From a virus (lineage: Duplodnaviria > Heunggongvirae > Uroviricota > Caudoviricetes), in IMG/VR virus record IMGVR_UViG_2684623133_000001, positions 1-64,000 of that record: 64,000 nucleotides of DNA; one strand, 5' to 3'. The translations under genes were made by a program, and so were the position numbers. This document shows positions 62,529 to 64,000 of the stretch, one piece after another (within the stretch, counting starts at the first letter, position 1; the number at the start of each line of letters is the position of its first letter). Below the pieces are notes generated by a model. It was not told the origin of the DNA. It did not search any database and saw nothing but the letters and a program-made list of their open reading frames with translations.

Positions 62529-63662
62529 ATGAGTTGGACCACCAACCCGCAACCGGAAACTACGGAGCCACAGCTGGGTTGGTGGAAAGAACCCCCACCG
62601 TCTGAACCACCAGAGGCGGTCACGGGCTGGTTCTGGATACCAGATCGGACCGCGGTCCTGCACGCTGAGGGCACCATGGCCGCCGAGGTCGCACAGGTAT
62701 ACACCGTCGGTGCCGACATGGCGGGTGCAGGCACACTCGCCGCCGCAGTATCCCAGATATACGACCGGGCAGCGGAATTCAGCGGAGCTGGCGCACTAGC
62801 CGCCGATGTCCGGCAGCTTTACCAGCGCGCAGCGGCCATGGCCTGTACAGGCAACATGTCAGTAGACGCGCGAGTCCGCCTGGACCGTCTAGCCCAACTT
62901 GCCGGTGCAGGCACACTGTCGGCACAACTACTCCAACAGTTCACGCGGCCCGCAGCCTTTGGCGGCGCGGGCACGCTGGCGGCGCAAGTGGCCCAGGCAT
63001 ACGCGCTGGGCGCGGCTCTCGCCGGTGCAGGCACACTGGCCGTCCAGGTGGCCCAGAAGTACCAATTAGGTGCGGCATTCGCCGCAACCGGCACCTTCGC
63101 GTGCGGAGCCGCATTCCCGGTGATGGCCCCGGCCCGTACCGACATCACCACCACCGGTGCCTACACCTACAACATCCCGTACTGGTGCCGCTACATCGAC
63201 TACGCGTACCTGCCCGGTGGTGGCGGCGGTGGCGGCGCCCAATTCTCCTTCACCCCCGCACAGGGCGGCGACGGCGGCCAATGGGTGTACGGAACCTGGG
63301 AGCGCGGCGTCGATTTCCCATGGACGGCCACACAGATCACCGGCTCAATCGGGGTGGGCGGCACAGCAGGCACCGGCGGCGGAAACGGCGGAAACGGCGG
63401 CCCCACAACCGGCATCGTCAACGGCTCCACCCTCGTTACCGCACCTGGCGCAACCGGCCGAGGCGGCATAGGCACTCAGTCCGGCGACCCCGTCGGCGGC
63501 GGCAACGCCAACTCCAACCGCGACGTCTCCCTCAACGGCCAGACCTACACCGGCGGCACCGGCGACGGCGCAGCACCGGGGTCCGGCGGCAAGGGCGGCG
63601 GCGCTTTCAGCAACGGCAACGCGGGTGCCCGCGGCGAAGCCCACTTCTACGCAAGGCAATAG
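62529..63662 (+). CDS. Glycine-rich minor tail protein with seven 20-aa tandem repeats
   Basis: Repeats of the form AGAGTLAAQVAQxYxLGAAx. C-terminal GGGGGGG and GNGGNGG tracts. Confidence 0.5.
   Translation: MSWTTNPQPETTEPQLGWWKEPPPSEPPEAVTGWFWIPDRTAVLHAEGTMAAEVAQVYTVGADMAGAGTLAAAVSQIYDRAAEFSGAGALAADVRQLYQRAAAMACTGNMSVDARVRLDRLAQLAGAGTLSAQLLQQFTRPAAFGGAGTLAAQVAQAYALGAALAGAGTLAVQVAQKYQLGAAFAATGTFACGAAFPVMAPARTDITTTGAYTYNIPYWCRYIDYAYLPGGGGGGGAQFSFTPAQGGDGGQWVYGTWERGVDFPWTATQITGSIGVGGTAGTGGGNGGNGGPTTGIVNGSTLVTAPGATGRGGIGTQSGDPVGGGNANSNRDVSLNGQTYTGGTGDGAAPGSGGKGGGAFSNGNAGARGEAHFYARQ
62676..63100 (+). repeat. About seven 60-bp in-frame tandem repeats
   Basis: Recurring GGTGCAGGCACACTG...GCCCAG units in the DNA. 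Confidence 0.6.
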
Positions 63663-63670
63663 GAGGCCCT

Positions 63671-64000
63671 ATGGCAATTCAAGTACCCCAGACCCGGCAA
63701 TCCCTGGCCGACGCCTGGAAGGCTCTTGGCAACTGGATTGGGTGCGCGACCGGCGCACCCGGCACCACGCAGACGCCCTCCAACGAGTCGACCGGAGGCG
63801 GCTACGCCCGCGCCCAAACTACTTGGACATCAGGCTCTGGCGGCAATGTAACGGGCTCCGCGGTAACCATCCCCGTCCCGGCATCCACCATTACCCACGC
63901 CATCCTGGCGTCTGCGGCGGCCGTCGGCGCCGCCAACATGATCGACAACTGCCCCGTCACCAATGCTGTCTTCTCAACCCCGGGCAACGTGGTTCTCACC
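63671..64000 (+). CDS. Minor tail protein, 5' partial (runs off the window)
   Basis: AGGAGG RBS then ATG at 63671. Open frame to the window edge. Not in the track because no stop is reached. Confidence 0.4.
   Translation, partial: MAIQVPQTRQSLADAWKALGNWIGCATGAPGTTQTPSNESTGGGYARAQTTWTSGSGGNVTGSAVTIPVPASTITHAILASAAAVGAANMIDNCPVTNAVFSTPGNVVLT

Larger units (their letters stand above)
1356..64000. mobile_element. Prophage, siphovirus-like with HK97-fold capsid module; left junction at the tRNA-Arg 3' end, right end beyond the window
   Basis: A continuous block of phage-type genes runs from immunity through recombination and packaging to head and tail, and starts immediately after host hisC plus tRNAs. 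No integrase is seen in the window. Confidence 0.8.

Noticed and set aside
1-64000. CRISPR arrays, rRNA, insertion sequences, integrase
   Set aside because: No direct-repeat/spacer architecture and no rRNA-like sequence. No transposase, no integrase-like ORF and no terminal inverted repeats of an IS element were recognised anywhere in the window.

Overview
The window is GC-rich (about 65%) and reads as actinobacterial, Mycobacterium-like DNA. Bases 1-1393 are host chromosome: a HisC/Pat-type aminotransferase gene on the minus strand, then tRNA-Ser(GCT) and tRNA-Arg(ACG). From the 3' end of tRNA-Arg to the end of the window the sequence is one long siphovirus-type prophage, still incomplete at 64000. 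No integrase, lysis genes or right junction are seen. An XRE-type repressor ORF on the minus strand reads into the tRNA-Arg 3' end and faces a divergent Cro/Xis-like HTH gene, which marks the immunity region. It is followed by about 24 kb of tightly packed, translationally coupled early genes on the plus strand. These include a ParB-like nuclease, a DnaQ-like exonuclease, HNH endonucleases, a RecE-like PD-(D/E)XK exonuclease with RecT, an SPFH/band-7 membrane protein and a MazG-like pyrophosphohydrolase, among many small hypothetical proteins. Two reverse-oriented moron islands interrupt the plus-strand operons: a three-gene minus-strand cassette with a toxin-antitoxin-like pair, and a lone minus-strand gene at 33.8-34.3 kb. 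The late region carries a kinase-HNH fusion, a ParB-DNA methyltransferase fusion, small and large terminase subunits, portal, prohead protease, HK97-type major capsid, head-tail connectors, major tail protein, a tail chaperone with a -1 frameshift, a 1569-aa tape measure with an embedded NlpC/P60-like motif, and a run of minor tail genes. The most notable element is a moron at 26.1-29.6 kb. It contains a gene for a Ro60/Rsr ortholog (TROVE plus vWA domains). Directly upstream lies a tandem array of six related non-coding repeats of 90-140 nt. Each has complementary 5'/3' ends, and three carry tRNA-like D-arm and T-arm modules in permuted order with loop-capped acceptor stems. This is the architecture reported for bacterial YrlA-type Y RNAs, here multiplied six-fold. 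The cassette is bracketed by recurrent GTATAG-N4-CTATAC palindromes sitting in AT-rich pockets. All coordinates were read by eye from the sequence and the ORF track, and start codons are approximate (a few nt either way).
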